Below the pieces are notes generated by a model. It made no database searches. It was not told the DNA's origin and saw only the letters and a program-made list of their open reading frames with translations. A stretch of DNA of 64,000 bases from Schizochytrium sp. TIO01 (Eukaryota > Protista > Bigyra: Labyrinthulomycetes): contig SMSO01000004.1 in the NCBI GenBank assembly GCA_004764695.1, positions 124,001-188,000 on the forward strand. The letters are read 5' to 3'. Positions 33,466 to 46,228 of this stretch are shown piece after piece (position 1 is the first letter of the stretch; the number at the start of each line of letters is the position of its first letter). A program made the position numbers and the translations under genes.

Positions 33466-34809
33466 ATGCACACGGTCTACTACCTAGCTATTTCACACAC
33501 CAGCATAGCGAAACACGTGTCCTAAAAAAACGAATCAAGTATTCTAGGCCTAGTGGTGGAAAGAAAGCTTTCGCTTGCTGCTTGCTCCAAGCCATCTTAA
33601 CACTAAGCAATTGTTTAGCTTCACTTCTTCTGTTCTGCGAGCCCTCGGCACTAGGTACCTGACCATTATTGCTGCTGCATGTATTGTGCTTCCGCTCCAA
33701 ATGCGTTTCACTCCAATTGGAGACATAACCATTATTTACAGAATAAATACCCACGCCTCCAGACGATCGCGTTTTTGTTCGGAGTCGGAGCTGGCCACTC
33801 TCCCCTCAAATCCAGTCGAATGAGTTGCCATCTGTCAAGATCTTCGTTCTGGAGGCTTCGCTCTCTAAGGCCTTGGTCTCTGGTCACAGCATCACTTTGT
33901 GCTCGCAACTTGAAGCACCATACAAATCTGCACCGCCAAACAAATCGGCACCGTGGCGAACGGTTGAAGTTGCCGAGCTTCGTTCTCGAAAACCCGAAGC
34001 TCGATCGTTTCGCCATTGCCGCTGATTGGTTCGTGCAATGGGTCGGCGCTTACACTGGAGCACTACGACATGAGGTTAGTAAACAGCTTGCTTAGCTTCA
34101 TGCCGCCCCAGCGGGACTGCTCACTCACTCACACATGAAATAAACCCTCACTCACGCGCAGAGCGGTGAGATGCTATTCCAGCAATGTGCACAACGTACG
34201 TAGGCAGGCACCTACGCCCTCGTCGAGTGAGACACACGTGGCAGTATTGCTCTTCTCCAAGCATCACGAAAATCGCTGCAGCAGTGCAAGAACACCGAGT
34301 CAGCTGGGGCGAACTTGCGACCTCGACAGTGCCCGAACCGGCTCAAAAGACTAGAGCCGTCGTGAACACTCTCCTCTCGAAGCAAGCAAGCAAGCACAAG
34401 CGATTGGATTAGTCGACGGAGGACCTCGTTTAGCTCAACATGCATTTCGACAACGATGCCAAATCAAGCTTGTCGATCACGTGAGCTCATAAAAGGCACC
34501 ACATCCTTCGAGCTTCGAAGAACAGTCGCAACGAAACATCGAATAAACAGTACGTACGAACATGAAACAAAATTAAGCCATCCTTCATTGGCACGGTGAA
34601 AGAAAAGAAAAGTCCTTCTGCTGATTGCAATTGCAAGAACTGCTGCTTAGAGCTGCTTAGAATGTAAGAGGTAGGTACGTACTACATTGCACTTGTGCTC
34701 TATGATCTAAATTCAGGTTGGGGCACCTCTCTCTAAGCTTGCTTTGGCTTAAAGGACACGGAAGAAATCGATAATTCCTGATTAACAGAGATAGTCGTGA
34801 AAATAAATT

Positions 34810-35000
34810 TCGCCTCCTCCTCCTCTTCTTTCCTTTTCTATTCTTTTCTTTTCTTTTCTTTTCTTTTCTTTTCTTTTCTTTTCTTCTTTCTTTTCTGCTT
34901 TCTTTTCTTCTCTTTCCTTCTCTTCTCTTTCTTTCAATTAGGTTCTTTCAATTCTTTCATTTGTTTCTTTCAGTTCTTTCCTTTCCTTCTTTTGGCTTTC
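34810..35000. repeat. (TTTTC)n polypyrimidine microsatellite
   Basis: Directly visible; explains the spurious Phe/Ser-rich ORFs here. Confidence 0.85.
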
Positions 35001-35645
35001 GAAGATCAGGTTTCTTTCTGCCGGACAGACGAGCAGATCCGAATCCGAATCAGAATCACTCTCGACGACGCCGTGTGAACGTCTTCGCGCGGTCCCGGGA
35101 GGCTAGGCAAACCTCGCGCTCTGCGTTCCTCGCAGTGGTCGTCAAGCGATAGATCGCACGGTCGATCACCCTGGTGGAGTGTTGTCGCTTTGAAGAAGAG
35201 TACCTACGTACTTACTCATTCTAGGAATTGTTCAAGTATACGTTTGCGCTCAGAAAGGACCTTCGTCTGCTCTGCCGCATAAGCTTGCCGAGCTGCGAAA
35301 GTCTGCACAGCATCGGTGTTGACTTGGAAGGGTCTCGAGGCTCTGTCTCCTTGTTGCAACATCAGCTCTGCCGTGGTCTGCTTCCGTGAGTCCGAATCAT
35401 TTTGTGGGAAACCAGGCGTACCCGGAGTACAAAAAGGCCGGAATATCCTTTTAAGATAGCGTAGCATCATTTGCAAGGTTAACTCACGATAGGCACGCGT
35501 ATCACTTTGCAGAGCAGTCTCAACGAAATAGCAATACCTAAAAGAACGTATTTAGTGGGTTGCTGGGATTTGAGAGATTCAGAGGTAATTTATTTACTAG
35601 GCACATAAGGACTCCATCGCCTCTGTGCGTGCTTAGCAAGGAATC

Positions 35646-38531
35646 ATGACAACGAGCAGGCCTTCGCAATTACCCCTGTTGACGATCAGGCGTCGTGTAC
35701 TCGTGCCTGGCGTGCTACTTCGGCTGCAGATCGGTCGTCCTAAGAGCGTGCGACTTGTGGAGTCCATCTGGGACAGCAACTCAAGATCTTTCAAGAAGGG
35801 GGCATTGCTAGCAGTATCCACAGTCAAGCTCGACAGCGAGACTGCAACCTCGTCATCTACGGATGATACCTCCGTGGATGATGCGGACTTTGAGACTATT
35901 GAGATTACTGACGGCAACAGCGATGCCATGACATGCTACAAGGCAGGCACGGTAGCCAAGGTGCTGCAATTGTCGAAAATTAGTGGCACAGACGCTTCCA
36001 GCTTTCAGTTTACTCTTCTAGTAGAAGGAATCTCCCGCATGGATGTAGAAAAGGTCATCCGTAGCGAACCATACCCGGTCGCTCAGATCGCCTGGAAGAG
36101 AGACTTGGGTTCCCCCAATGACACAGAAGTTCGAGCTCTTGCCATTAACGTACGGGAAATTGCTCAGGAACTTCTTGAGCTTCAACGTAAACGTAATTCT
36201 CCTCTTGGTAAGAAAACAAAGGAAGTAATTGATAACCTAGATCGCGCTTCTCCTGGGCGCCTTGCGGATCTATTAGCTGCAAACCTGGATGCTTCCGTTG
36301 AAGAAAAGCAAGGTGTGCTTGCTGAATGCGGGCTTGCTCCTCGCCTGCGACGTACGATGGAACTTCTTAACCGCCAGGTTGAGGTATTTCGCATGAGTGA
36401 TAAAATTCAAAATGAAGTTGAGGGTAAATTGAAGACTTCTCAGCGCGAGTACTATTTGCGCCAGCAGTTGAGAGCAATCAACGACGAACTGGGCCAAATG
36501 AACGGAAAAGGTGGAAAGGATGGGGAGCAGGACGAGATTGAGCTTCTCGAGCAGTCTCTTGCCGAGACAAAGCTTCCTGAGGAACCTCGGCAGGTTGCAG
36601 ATCGGGAACTTCAGAGACTAAAGCAGATGCAGCCCTCGCAACCTGAGTACGCCGTGATTCGCTCATATCTTGAGCTCATGGTGGAGCTACCCTGGGGCAA
36701 GGTCTCTAAAGACAACCTTGACATCAGTCATGCTCGTGCCCAGCTTGATGCAGATCACCATGCTCTTGAAAAGGTCAAGAGTCGCATTATCGAGTTTCTT
36801 GCAGTACGATCACTGAAGAACGACATGAAGGGTCCTATCTTGTGCCTTGCGGGTCCACCCGGTGTTGGCAAGACCTCGCTCGGCAAGAGTATTGCCGAGT
36901 CCCTGGGTCGTAACTTTCGTCGCCTTGCTCTCGGTGGTGTGCGCGACGAGGCAGAGATTCGTGGTCACCGACGCACCTATATTGGTGCCTTGCCAGGAAA
37001 CATCATTACGACCTTGAAGAAGGCTGGATCTGAAAACCCAGTCATCTTACTGGACGAGATCGACAAACTGGGCCGCGACGTGCGCGGAGACCCAGCCTCT
37101 GCTCTTCTCGAAGTTCTTGATCCTGAGCAGAATGACAAATTTGTCGATCACTACCTCAATGTACCATACGACCTAAGCAAAGTACTCTTCATTGCTACGG
37201 CGAATCGTCTGGACACCATTCCTGGGCCCCTGCTTGACCGCATGGAAGTTATTGAACTTCCAGGTTACACGATGGCAGAAAAGCACCAAATTGCTGTGCA
37301 GCACCTCATTCCAAAGCAGATGGAGCGTCATGGTATTGCAAAGGATCACATCGAATTTACGCCATCGGCTGTAGATAAGGTGATCGATTCGTATACTCGC
37401 GAAGCAGGTGTTCGAGGCTTGGACCGTGAAATCGCGGCACTTTGTCGTTATGCAGCCGTTAAGGTTGCCGAGTCTCGCGATAGACGCCGCTCTAGCTCGT
37501 TTGATATGAATGAGGAAGCGGGTAATGGCAACACTAATTCGCAGGATGTAGCCTTGCAACAGAGCCGGGAAGCGAGCAGCGAAGGTGCCATAGCCGAGAC
37601 CGATGACCACGAAGAGCAACTCCTGCCATTGGTGCTCGAGGACAGCTTCCGGGCGATTATTGTTACTCCTGAGGCAGTAGAAAAGATACTAGGTCCAGCC
37701 AAATACGAATCTGAAATTGCGCAGCGTACTGCTGTTCCTGGCGTCTCCACAGGACTAGCCTGGACCCAGGTTGGAGGTGAGATTCTCTTTATCGAGTCGT
37801 GGCTTCATCGTGGTACTGGGCGTGTTCAGTTGACAGGAAGACTTGGAGAGACCATGTCAGAAAGTGTTCGCGCCGCTCTTAGCTTTGTTCGAGGCAACCT
37901 TCCAGAGTTAGGTCTTGATGCTTTGCAAATCGGCGAGGTGGACTTGCAAGCTGCCATTTCGAAGGCTGATTTGCATGTACACTTTCCTGCAGGCGCGGTA
38001 CCCAAAGATGGTCCTTCTGCTGGCGTTGCTGTCACTGCGTCCATACTCAGCGCACTCTCAGGACGATGTGTTCGTGCAGATACTGCATGCACTGGTGAGA
38101 TCACTCTACGAGGCCTTGTTTTGCCGGTCGGTGGAATCAAGGAGAAGGTTATCGCTGCACACCGAGCGGGGCTTTCTCGTGTGGTTTTGCCCAAGCGCAA
38201 CGAAAAGGATGTCATTGAAATTCCTGAGGAAGTACGAAAGGATCTGGAGATCATTTTTGTGGATAATATCGTAAGCGCTATGGCACAGCTTTTTGAACCC
38301 TCACAAAAAATGAGCACCCCGCGCTGGCTCAAGGAGATTGCTGAGCAGTCTGCCCGCAAGACGAGTTCTGACAACAACAGTAGTAACAGCGACAACAACA
38401 ATAACGGCAGTGGAAGTAATATTCCACCGTCGTCACAAAACTCGGGCGAGGATCCGACGCAGCCGTCCTCCCACTGGTCCTCCCAACATTGCCGTGACTT
38501 GTGTGGACCTATCCTCGAATCGAGCCTGTAA
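35646..38531 (+). CDS. LONP2: ATP-dependent Lon protease, peroxisomal type
   Basis: Lon N-domain, Walker A GPPGVGKTS, RGHRRTYIGALPG, Walker B ILLDEIDK, catalytic PKDGPSAG and GGIKEK. No mitochondrial presequence; C-terminus SSL* (PTS1-like). Confidence 0.92.
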   Translation: MTTSRPSQLPLLTIRRRVLVPGVLLRLQIGRPKSVRLVESIWDSNSRSFKKGALLAVSTVKLDSETATSSSTDDTSVDDADFETIEITDGNSDAMTCYKAGTVAKVLQLSKISGTDASSFQFTLLVEGISRMDVEKVIRSEPYPVAQIAWKRDLGSPNDTEVRALAINVREIAQELLELQRKRNSPLGKKTKEVIDNLDRASPGRLADLLAANLDASVEEKQGVLAECGLAPRLRRTMELLNRQVEVFRMSDKIQNEVEGKLKTSQREYYLRQQLRAINDELGQMNGKGGKDGEQDEIELLEQSLAETKLPEEPRQVADRELQRLKQMQPSQPEYAVIRSYLELMVELPWGKVSKDNLDISHARAQLDADHHALEKVKSRIIEFLAVRSLKNDMKGPILCLAGPPGVGKTSLGKSIAESLGRNFRRLALGGVRDEAEIRGHRRTYIGALPGNIITTLKKAGSENPVILLDEIDKLGRDVRGDPASALLEVLDPEQNDKFVDHYLNVPYDLSKVLFIATANRLDTIPGPLLDRMEVIELPGYTMAEKHQIAVQHLIPKQMERHGIAKDHIEFTPSAVDKVIDSYTREAGVRGLDREIAALCRYAAVKVAESRDRRRSSSFDMNEEAGNGNTNSQDVALQQSREASSEGAIAETDDHEEQLLPLVLEDSFRAIIVTPEAVEKILGPAKYESEIAQRTAVPGVSTGLAWTQVGGEILFIESWLHRGTGRVQLTGRLGETMSESVRAALSFVRGNLPELGLDALQIGEVDLQAAISKADLHVHFPAGAVPKDGPSAGVAVTASILSALSGRCVRADTACTGEITLRGLVLPVGGIKEKVIAAHRAGLSRVVLPKRNEKDVIEIPEEVRKDLEIIFVDNIVSAMAQLFEPSQKMSTPRWLKEIAEQSARKTSSDNNSSNSDNNNNGSGSNIPPSSQNSGEDPTQPSSHWSSQHCRDLCGPILESSL

Positions 38532-39103
38532 GTAGACACGTAGGGAAACCTCTGTGTTCTCTCGTTCCTTTGTCCATTTCTTATCTTTACCTCTTCCAAG
38601 CCCTGTGAAGGAAAGACATCACCACGCACAGGTTGTTATGTCGAATCAAGTTGCTGTGAGATTTTCAAGCAAGAGATTCATCTTTTCATATGGCTAAACG
38701 AGGAGTATTTTCGCAGGAGATTAAAATGTGAATTGGGAAAATAACTATCTATCTCATTATAAAAATTAATTAATCTCAACTTTAAAATCTTTACAACAAA
38801 GTTTGATTTTCTGCCTTCCACGTTGCTGTTTATGCACTATGCTATGATGAGGGTTTAAAGACATAGATGTTTCCCGTGTGGAAAAAAAAAATTAAAAAAA
38901 TCTGTTATGCGGAAATTAGACTACCATAATGCTATAGAAGGTCGTCCCTAAGTTGGCACAATAAGGTGTAGCCCGCCTTCCCCTGCTTTAGAACTATTAC
39001 CTTGTACGAATGCCATAGTCACATGACAAGATTTATAATAATACACCAATGTAAGCAAGCCAATCAGCATTGACCGCGTTAATTGATCTATGGATGTTTC
39101 TTT

Positions 39104-41293
39104 TCAGATATTCCCACCACTACCCCCGAGAACGTTTTTAATGTCTCCAAGGATATCCCCAAGGTCCTCCATCATAGCAGAATGAGCACGATCAAGCAAA
39201 TGTACAAGGTCTGGGTCGCCCGTCTGCGTAGCGTGCAAGTTAGCTACACGTTTCATGCATTCGCGCATACGCATGTCCATCTTGAGAAGCAATGACTCTA
39301 AGGAATCTCTGATGTAAGGAGCTAAAACAAGAGACCCTCCTGCCCCACGCCGTGGGGATGCGGCCCGGCGAGCTAAAGAGAGCTGCTCACGAAGCTCTTC
39401 TGACTCTTCTGATAGTTCTATCACTTGTTTATTGAGTTGCTCGATCTCTTCCATACACGCAGTTAAGGTTGAACTTGCTGCATGATCTTGCTGCGAATTA
39501 TTTGACATTGAGCGAATGCTTTGATCAAGTCGCGAAATGCGACTTCGGTTCATGACTTCTTCGTATGATGTTTGATGCTGGACACGTCGCTTGATATTCT
39601 GAATATTCCGTTGATGACGGTCCTTTTGTCGCTTGAGAAGCTTTGCACTATGAGCGTGCCAAGTCTTGTTTAAATCCCGCAGAAGATTGCCCATAAGATC
39701 GATCGAAGCATGGGGCATGAATCTGTTTCTAAACGCGACCATGGTTCTTACAGCATCAGGAGGGACCCAGTGCTCACTTTCCGAGGACTCCGCCGCTACG
39801 CGATCACCTCTGAGGAGTGACCCGTATGATTTCTCTAGGGCTCTAAACTCCTCACGCTGGCTCGGCCCCCACGCTAATAGTGCTGCGCCAATGTCTCCAG
39901 AATCATCTCGCCGTGTCGCAGCCTGAGAAGAAGGAGATTTGCATGCTTCATGGCAAGAACGCACAAGATGGTTGTCCGGCAATTCTGCTGAACCGGATGG
40001 GAAGTACGTCAGATCCGTGTCATCGGTGACCTCGCTGAGAGACATAAACCGCTTATAAGTTGGTGTTGCTTGTAATAGTTTCAAGAGTCGCGCATTGTCG
40101 GACCGTAGATGGTCAATGCGGGTCATCATGTCACGTTGGTGTGAAAGGGATGCTTGGCGCGCATCACTTTGCAAATCATGAAATTGGAGCTCAATTTTCC
40201 TATGTAATCTCTTAATTTCCATGTCTCGCTCTTGTACCAAGAGTTCCTGGTTTTCTAAAGCAGCCTGGGCGGCATCTTTCGCTTGCGATGCTTGATGAAC
40301 CTCCCCGGTGAGAGTTTTAACACTAGCTTCCAAAGTAGCAAGACGCTCTTTTGAGGTGGCGGCATTACGATCATGAGATTGCGAGCTCTGGCTCAATTGA
40401 GCGGTCAAGGATACATTGTGTTCCCGAGCAGTTCGAAGCTCTTGCTCAAGATTTCTGATACGATCATGAAGATCCCCGGAAGGAAAATTCTTTGCAGTAT
40501 GCAATTCTTGGTTGAGGGATTCGTATCTTGAAGCCCAACGTAAGTTCTCATCTCGTGCACCTTCAAGTTGCTCAGAGACTACACGATGTCTTTCACGAAG
40601 AATATTAAGTTCGCGCAGAAGCTCCTCATTTTCAGCAAGACTTAGTCTTGAGATACGTGCTTCGACTTCGGTGCGTCCGAAGGATGTTCGCAGGTCGGCA
40701 ATCTCTTGTGACTTGGCATGAAGTTCCCGTTTTGCATGCTGCCATAATTCATAGATACGGTGTAATTCGGCTTTCGTGGAAGCTGCCTGACACGCGCTCA
40801 GTGTTGCATGGGCATCCGCAATTTGTTTTTCTTCACTCGTCGACATTATGTTAGTTCTAACATTGGATGGCGTACTAGATTCATATGCATGAGAATAGTT
40901 TTGATATTCGCCATCGAAACCTCTGTGGTTCTTTGTGTCATAGTGCGGAGCCTTATTTGATTGTAGGGAGTGTAGATTGTGTGATGTTGAGAATCGCCGA
41001 TGCTGTTGCTGTTGCTGTTGTTCCGATTGGTACTGATGTTTATTTTTTTGTAAAGCTTTTCTTACAGGACTATTTTTTCCCGTAGCGTAATCTGCAAAAA
41101 TCTCTCCAACAGCTTCAATGACACTAATGCTTCCTGACGAGGCTGCACTTTGTGTGCTGTAGGACCGTCCTCTTTCCCGGCGACGGGGCGCTGTAGATTG
41201 AGAACCTGAGTTTAGACCCAATCCCGTCCACGAGGGCTTACTACGCTTAGCTTCTATACCAATATCGTCTTCATCGCTGTGAGGGGACAACAT
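39104..41293 (-). CDS. Long coiled-coil protein of unknown function
   Basis: 729-aa ORF with a disordered N-terminus, extended heptads and a conserved-looking block, WVPPDA...FRNRF...LLRDLNKTW...IKRRVQHQTSYEEV. Confidence 0.8.
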   Translation of the reverse strand: MLSPHSDEDDIGIEAKRSKPSWTGLGLNSGSQSTAPRRRERGRSYSTQSAASSGSISVIEAVGEIFADYATGKNSPVRKALQKNKHQYQSEQQQQQQHRRFSTSHNLHSLQSNKAPHYDTKNHRGFDGEYQNYSHAYESSTPSNVRTNIMSTSEEKQIADAHATLSACQAASTKAELHRIYELWQHAKRELHAKSQEIADLRTSFGRTEVEARISRLSLAENEELLRELNILRERHRVVSEQLEGARDENLRWASRYESLNQELHTAKNFPSGDLHDRIRNLEQELRTAREHNVSLTAQLSQSSQSHDRNAATSKERLATLEASVKTLTGEVHQASQAKDAAQAALENQELLVQERDMEIKRLHRKIELQFHDLQSDARQASLSHQRDMMTRIDHLRSDNARLLKLLQATPTYKRFMSLSEVTDDTDLTYFPSGSAELPDNHLVRSCHEACKSPSSQAATRRDDSGDIGAALLAWGPSQREEFRALEKSYGSLLRGDRVAAESSESEHWVPPDAVRTMVAFRNRFMPHASIDLMGNLLRDLNKTWHAHSAKLLKRQKDRHQRNIQNIKRRVQHQTSYEEVMNRSRISRLDQSIRSMSNNSQQDHAASSTLTACMEEIEQLNKQVIELSEESEELREQLSLARRAASPRRGAGGSLVLAPYIRDSLESLLLKMDMRMRECMKRVANLHATQTGDPDLVHLLDRAHSAMMEDLGDILGDIKNVLGGSGGNI

Positions 41294-44200
41294 AATCTTT
41301 TGTTAAGATTCTCGCACGCTTCTTTCTTTTCTTTTCTTTTCTTTTTTTTCTTTCTTGTGCAAGCGTGTTATCTTTCAATGGGCTCAGTGGCAAACTTTGA
41401 TAAAACACAACTTTGCAAATAACGATTTTTTGAAAAGGAATCAAAAGCTTTATGCGCTCTCAGTACCGTATGTCTTAGTCGCCACTTCTCTTGTCTTCTT
41501 TTCTTTTCTTTAGAATTTACTTTCAAAAATTAAAGGAGATTGAAATCTTGGTCAAATAAATATAGTAGATAGGAGAAAAGATATGGGTACGAGGATAGAC
41601 GCAAGATTGTTTTGAGGTCGTTTTGCCCTACTACAAAATCTGGATCGCACCTGGCAAACCTTTCTACTGAAATTTACAACAAGATAATAGTAAAGAACTA
41701 CTACTACTACCTACCTACCTAATTACCTGTACCTACCCAAACTTGAACCAACAAGTATTTTGTAGAGCGAGCAGTCTCAGCCAGATCTAGGAGTTCGCCT
41801 AGTATTTGCTCCCTAGAGGTGTAGACGAACAAGGTTCAAGTTCAAGAATATAATAGTTACTGAAGTGTGCGTGAGGGAGAGAGTTCCAAGCTACTTCTTC
41901 TACTCGGAAGTGACTGCCGTGAACGGCTTGCGCCGACTTTGTTATCCTGAAGCAACCTGTATGTACCCCGTTGCCTGAAAAGAGAAGACTATGACAGCCT
42001 TGATACACTTGAGAATTAAAACCAAGCAGAAAAATAAGAATGTTGGCAGGTTGTCTGCAATTTTCCAAAGCCAACTCCGTGTCAATCCTACAGATTCTTC
42101 CACACACCGGGTCTTTGCGTCGTCAGTAATCTATACTAGTTACGTAGCAGCCTCGCTGCCTGCTTCCGCGTAGCGCTCAGGCACAACACCGTGCTACGAA
42201 GACCCTCCTTGGGTCCGCCTAGATCGCACCTTTCCTCGCACAGCCGCTTCTTTCCACCTTCGACTCGGGTGTACCTAGGTGCGCCGGCTCAGCGCTGTGG
42301 TTGCGTCACGCGCGACCTTAGCTCGCAATCTCGGCAGATCGCGCAGCCCGACTCGTAGAGCTCGTAGAGACACGCCTCAACGGGCCCTCGCGCATACCTA
42401 ATCCTCCAAGGCTGTTGTCTGAAGGCCCCTGGGCCCTCGAAAGCGCTTTTGCGGCGCATACACTGCCCAAAACCTCACTCCTGGGCCAGCCCAGGATAAG
42501 CTTTGCTTTTGCCTTGCCGCGGCGTGCCCGATCGTAACGGCTCTACCCTCTTCCTATTGTAGTATATCCTCGAATTGTACCTGTTTGTACCGGAGATGGA
42601 ATATCTACACATATTATGATAGAAGCACAGAAGCGGTGTCTTGTGGGAATCGCACACGCAGGCTCGTGCTCATCATTGTGTGTTGATGTCGGGTCACTCT
42701 GTGCGCAATGCCTGACTGACTCAGCGAGCGCCTTCACGGCAAAGGTTGACGGGTTGCACTCTGGTCGGCCCGGGGCGGCGGTCCGGGAAGCTGCGAGGGC
42801 GCCGTCAAGGGTGTCGGCGACGATTCAGGAACTTGCGTGCTCAACTCTTACTACTTCACCGCAGCAGCGCCAACTTCACCTCTTCTTGTTTCAATATCTC
42901 CAGCCAGATCTTTCAATATTTCATCCCATTTCCCATTTTCATTTTCATTTTCATTTCATTTTCATTTTTTCATTTTTTCTCCCTTTTTTTAAAAAAATAA
43001 ATTTAAATTATTTAGAAAGGATTCAACTTTCTTTCTTTCTCCAACTTTGCAAGTGCAGTTGTTTATCCCTTTTCCTGTACTTCTTCATCCTCTCAGGAAC
43101 GCAAGGAAACGCCGACCACCCATCTCAATCTGCGTTTATGCACAAGCTGTGTGGCAGTTGGAGAGGCACTTGGACGTTATTGGCAAATGCTTTCAGTCTT
43201 CATCCATCAGCCTTCGAGTCGTGGTCGCTTCTTTGAAGTTTCAACGACCGATGGTTTTCAACTTTCTCCAAAGGTATCGCGATTAGGTTGAGAGGAAGTA
43301 CTAATACATGCTACTATCCGGTAGGTAATACCCATTGCCAAATTATTCACCTGTCTTGAAGCTGTTTGTTTCTTGGTTTCTTCTTCTTCTCTTTTCTTCG
43401 CAAAATCCGCCAACGTTCGTGTCAGTCCTTCCATGGAAGACAGTCGTGCAACTCGCGCCCGATGATTTGGCGAATAATCAAACAACTTTGAGTTTTGAAG
43501 CAAGCAGACTCGAGCAAAAACAGGCAAAGCGAGAGAAAGCAACAACAATAAAAGAGAGAGAAAGCCAAAACACACAGCCTTGGAATGGAATGAAGATGTA
43601 AAATACACCAAGAAGAAGGGGAGTACCTAGCCAGCCAATGCCTGGAGGGGGAGGTAGAGGAGGATGAGATGAAGAAGAGGAAGGAAGGTAAAGAGCAAAC
43701 ACTTGAATTTGAAGACCCGCTGTTGCCTTTTTGGCATTGATCGGAGCTTCTTGCGTTGGTGCTCCTATTTTTCTTTTCATTTCTCTTGTTTGATTTTAAA
43801 GTTATTTCTCTTGTTTTTTGCTTTTTTGCTTTCTTTTATTTTTGATGAAAAGATGAGAAAAATAGAATAAGTGAGAAGGAGGTGAGATACCTATACTAGC
43901 GACACATGTTCGTTCCCCCAGAACACCGCGCGCACGGCTTTTGGTTCTGAGTGAAACAGAGTTTGCCATGAACATGAATCAACACAAGTACAGCAGGTAG
44001 GTAGGTACGCTAGCTACCTAGCTAGCTAGCTGACTAGTGGTAATATGTAGCACAGCGGTATCGAGATCGCCTTTTCCAATATGATCAGCGAAAATCCGCG
44101 GCGCAGTGCGGGAAGATGATGGCGAGAACCAGGACGATGATAGGGTCATCATTTTTATGCATGCCCATGGTACGACCTGGCAGTGTCTGTGTATCTGCCT

Positions 44201-44636
44201 GTCTGTGTGAAGCAACCCCCTTCTCCGAACCCTTGCTTCAACGAGCCGGGGCGAGAGATAAGTCGAGAGATAAGTCGAGTGAACTCCGCCAGGAGCACTG
44301 CAGTACAACCTAGCAGCAGCGCCGGATTCATTCACAGTCTTATGGATCGTGTCACCATGGTGACTGAGAATGATTATGATCACCTTTCTCGTCGTCTTCG
44401 TTGCCGTCGTTCCGGCAGTCAGTCAGTCAGGCAGTAAGTCAAACGACGGAATTGCAACGTTGCAGCTTGTGCAGTAAAACACACGCAAGCGGTGAGCCAC
44501 GCGATGAATTTGCGAAGTTGTCAACATAGCCTGATAATCATCAATTGAGAGAATGCATTGAGATGGGCTCAATACCTTTGAAATGCAGTGAAGGTAGTAG
44601 CATCGTGCCGGGTGACCTGGGTGACCTGTGTCGAGC

Positions 44637-45185
44637 TCAGGGGCAATCTTGATCCATCCTCCTCGCGACAGTGTCGATCACACTGTTGACGACTGAGAAT
44701 TTCTCCAGCTTGGCCTCAAGATAACCAACGATACCTATAGGTACCTTGTAAATCTCATCATCGTCAGGTTTTCCACGCGATAATGCACGATCAGCATTGA
44801 TGAAGATGGTGGTGGATGATCTATCTGCAGAGATTATCTGTTTCGAATGCAAGGGAGAAGAACTAACCACTTTGTAGTAGAAGGATCTGGGCAGGATTCG
44901 TGAGTGAACTTTTGCCAGGAGCAGCAGCAGCAGGAGCAGGAACAGGAGCAGGAGCAGGCATTCTAATCCAGGCAGGTGATCGTGACTTGGAGCCTCCACG
45001 TTGCTTCCAGCTGCGTCCTCCAACTGGGAGCGGCTGGCTCCGAGGAGAACGAATATGTACTTGCCAGAGCTGGCAGACCGGCAAGCAAATAGAATCAGAG
45101 ATTGGCTCGCGAACCTCCGATAAACCTCGACTTCCGCAGAGGTCGCCTCCTTCAAGCTGAGAACCTTCCCCGATCCTTTCGCCAA
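44637..45185 (-). pseudogene. Degenerate coding fragment of unknown origin
   Basis: Open frame with no ATG start. A (CCTGCT)n tract reads PAPAPVPAPAAAAP in an adjacent frame. The 3' part has ADRAL...IVGYLEAK, weakly like a D...ExK nuclease motif. Confidence 0.25.
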
Positions 45186-46173
45186 AAGCCGCGCTTGAAT
45201 TTCTAGCTAGCCAAGTTGGCCCTTTGCTAATCCCAAAGCAGAGATTCTGATTTTCAAAAACCTGAGCTTAGTGCTGAAGTCGCAGACTTTTCAAATTTCA
45301 AAAGAATTCAAAAACTCCTAGCTAGCTAGCTAGCTAGCTAGCTAGTAGGCAGGTAGGCAAGCAAGCCCATTGTTCATCTATTTCAAATTCAAAACACTTA
45401 AACTTATGTCCCAATAGAGTAGTTATCGATAATACACATCAGTTTCAAACATGTTATAGATACGTGTATATTTTTTATTTTATTTTAAAGAAGAGAAAAA
45501 GTTTAGTTTTTAAATTAAATAATTAAATAATTAAATAAATGTAAATATTTCTTTATGAATGTAGCAAGTTTTCAAAGAGGATGATTCCTTTCCAAAATTT
45601 CAAAATCCTTTTTCTTTTTTCTTTTCCAATCCAACAAACCTGAACTAGACAATACTTTACTACCTATCTATCCTACGCCAAAACCTGCGCTTCTCCCACC
45701 AGACCCGTGTCACCCACGCATATTCCGGCAAGATCTCGAGCCCCTCTCTCCGTAACAACGGCGCGAGGACGGGCTCTCTGGCGGTGCCAAAATTAGGGAC
45801 AATCTCCGCGACACGGCACGAGCGGCTGAGGGCGCAGGCAACCTGGCTCCAGCAGCGCAGAAAGCGTGTGGAAAAGGCCACGGAGCCGGCAGCACCCCTC
45901 CCAAAGGCCCATCAATCGGCCGGAGGGGTGCGGTAAGGAGCCAGGACCTTCTGCCCTGAAGCTTCATGGCTCTAGCTCCGCCCGAGACGGCATCTCTCGA
46001 GGCAGCCTTGTGCGCCCTCGGTTCGCCCGGCCAAAGCAGGGACTTGCTTGCACTAGCTAGCTTCCAGTGTTTTGCTAGCTGGCGCCACTGTGGGAAACTG
46101 TGCAGACCCTTCAGAGGGGGCCGGCCCGCGAGACCTGATTCCATTTGTGAGGTAAGGGGAGGTACAGGAAACT

Positions 46174-46228
46174 ATGAGTCTCCCCGGGCCCCCACTGAGG
46201 CAGTTGTGGGGGCCTGAGGAGTTTTCAT
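46174..46228 (+). other. GC-rich imperfect inverted repeat (hairpin of about 20 bp)
   Basis: ATGAGTCTCCCCGGGCCCCCAC, loop, GTGGGGGCCTGAGGAGTTTTCAT; perfect 9-bp core GGCCCCCAC/GTGGGGGCC. Confidence 0.6.

Noticed and set aside
33488-34100. Overlapping short ORFs after the GT fusion
   Set aside because: No recognisable motif and no consistent frame.
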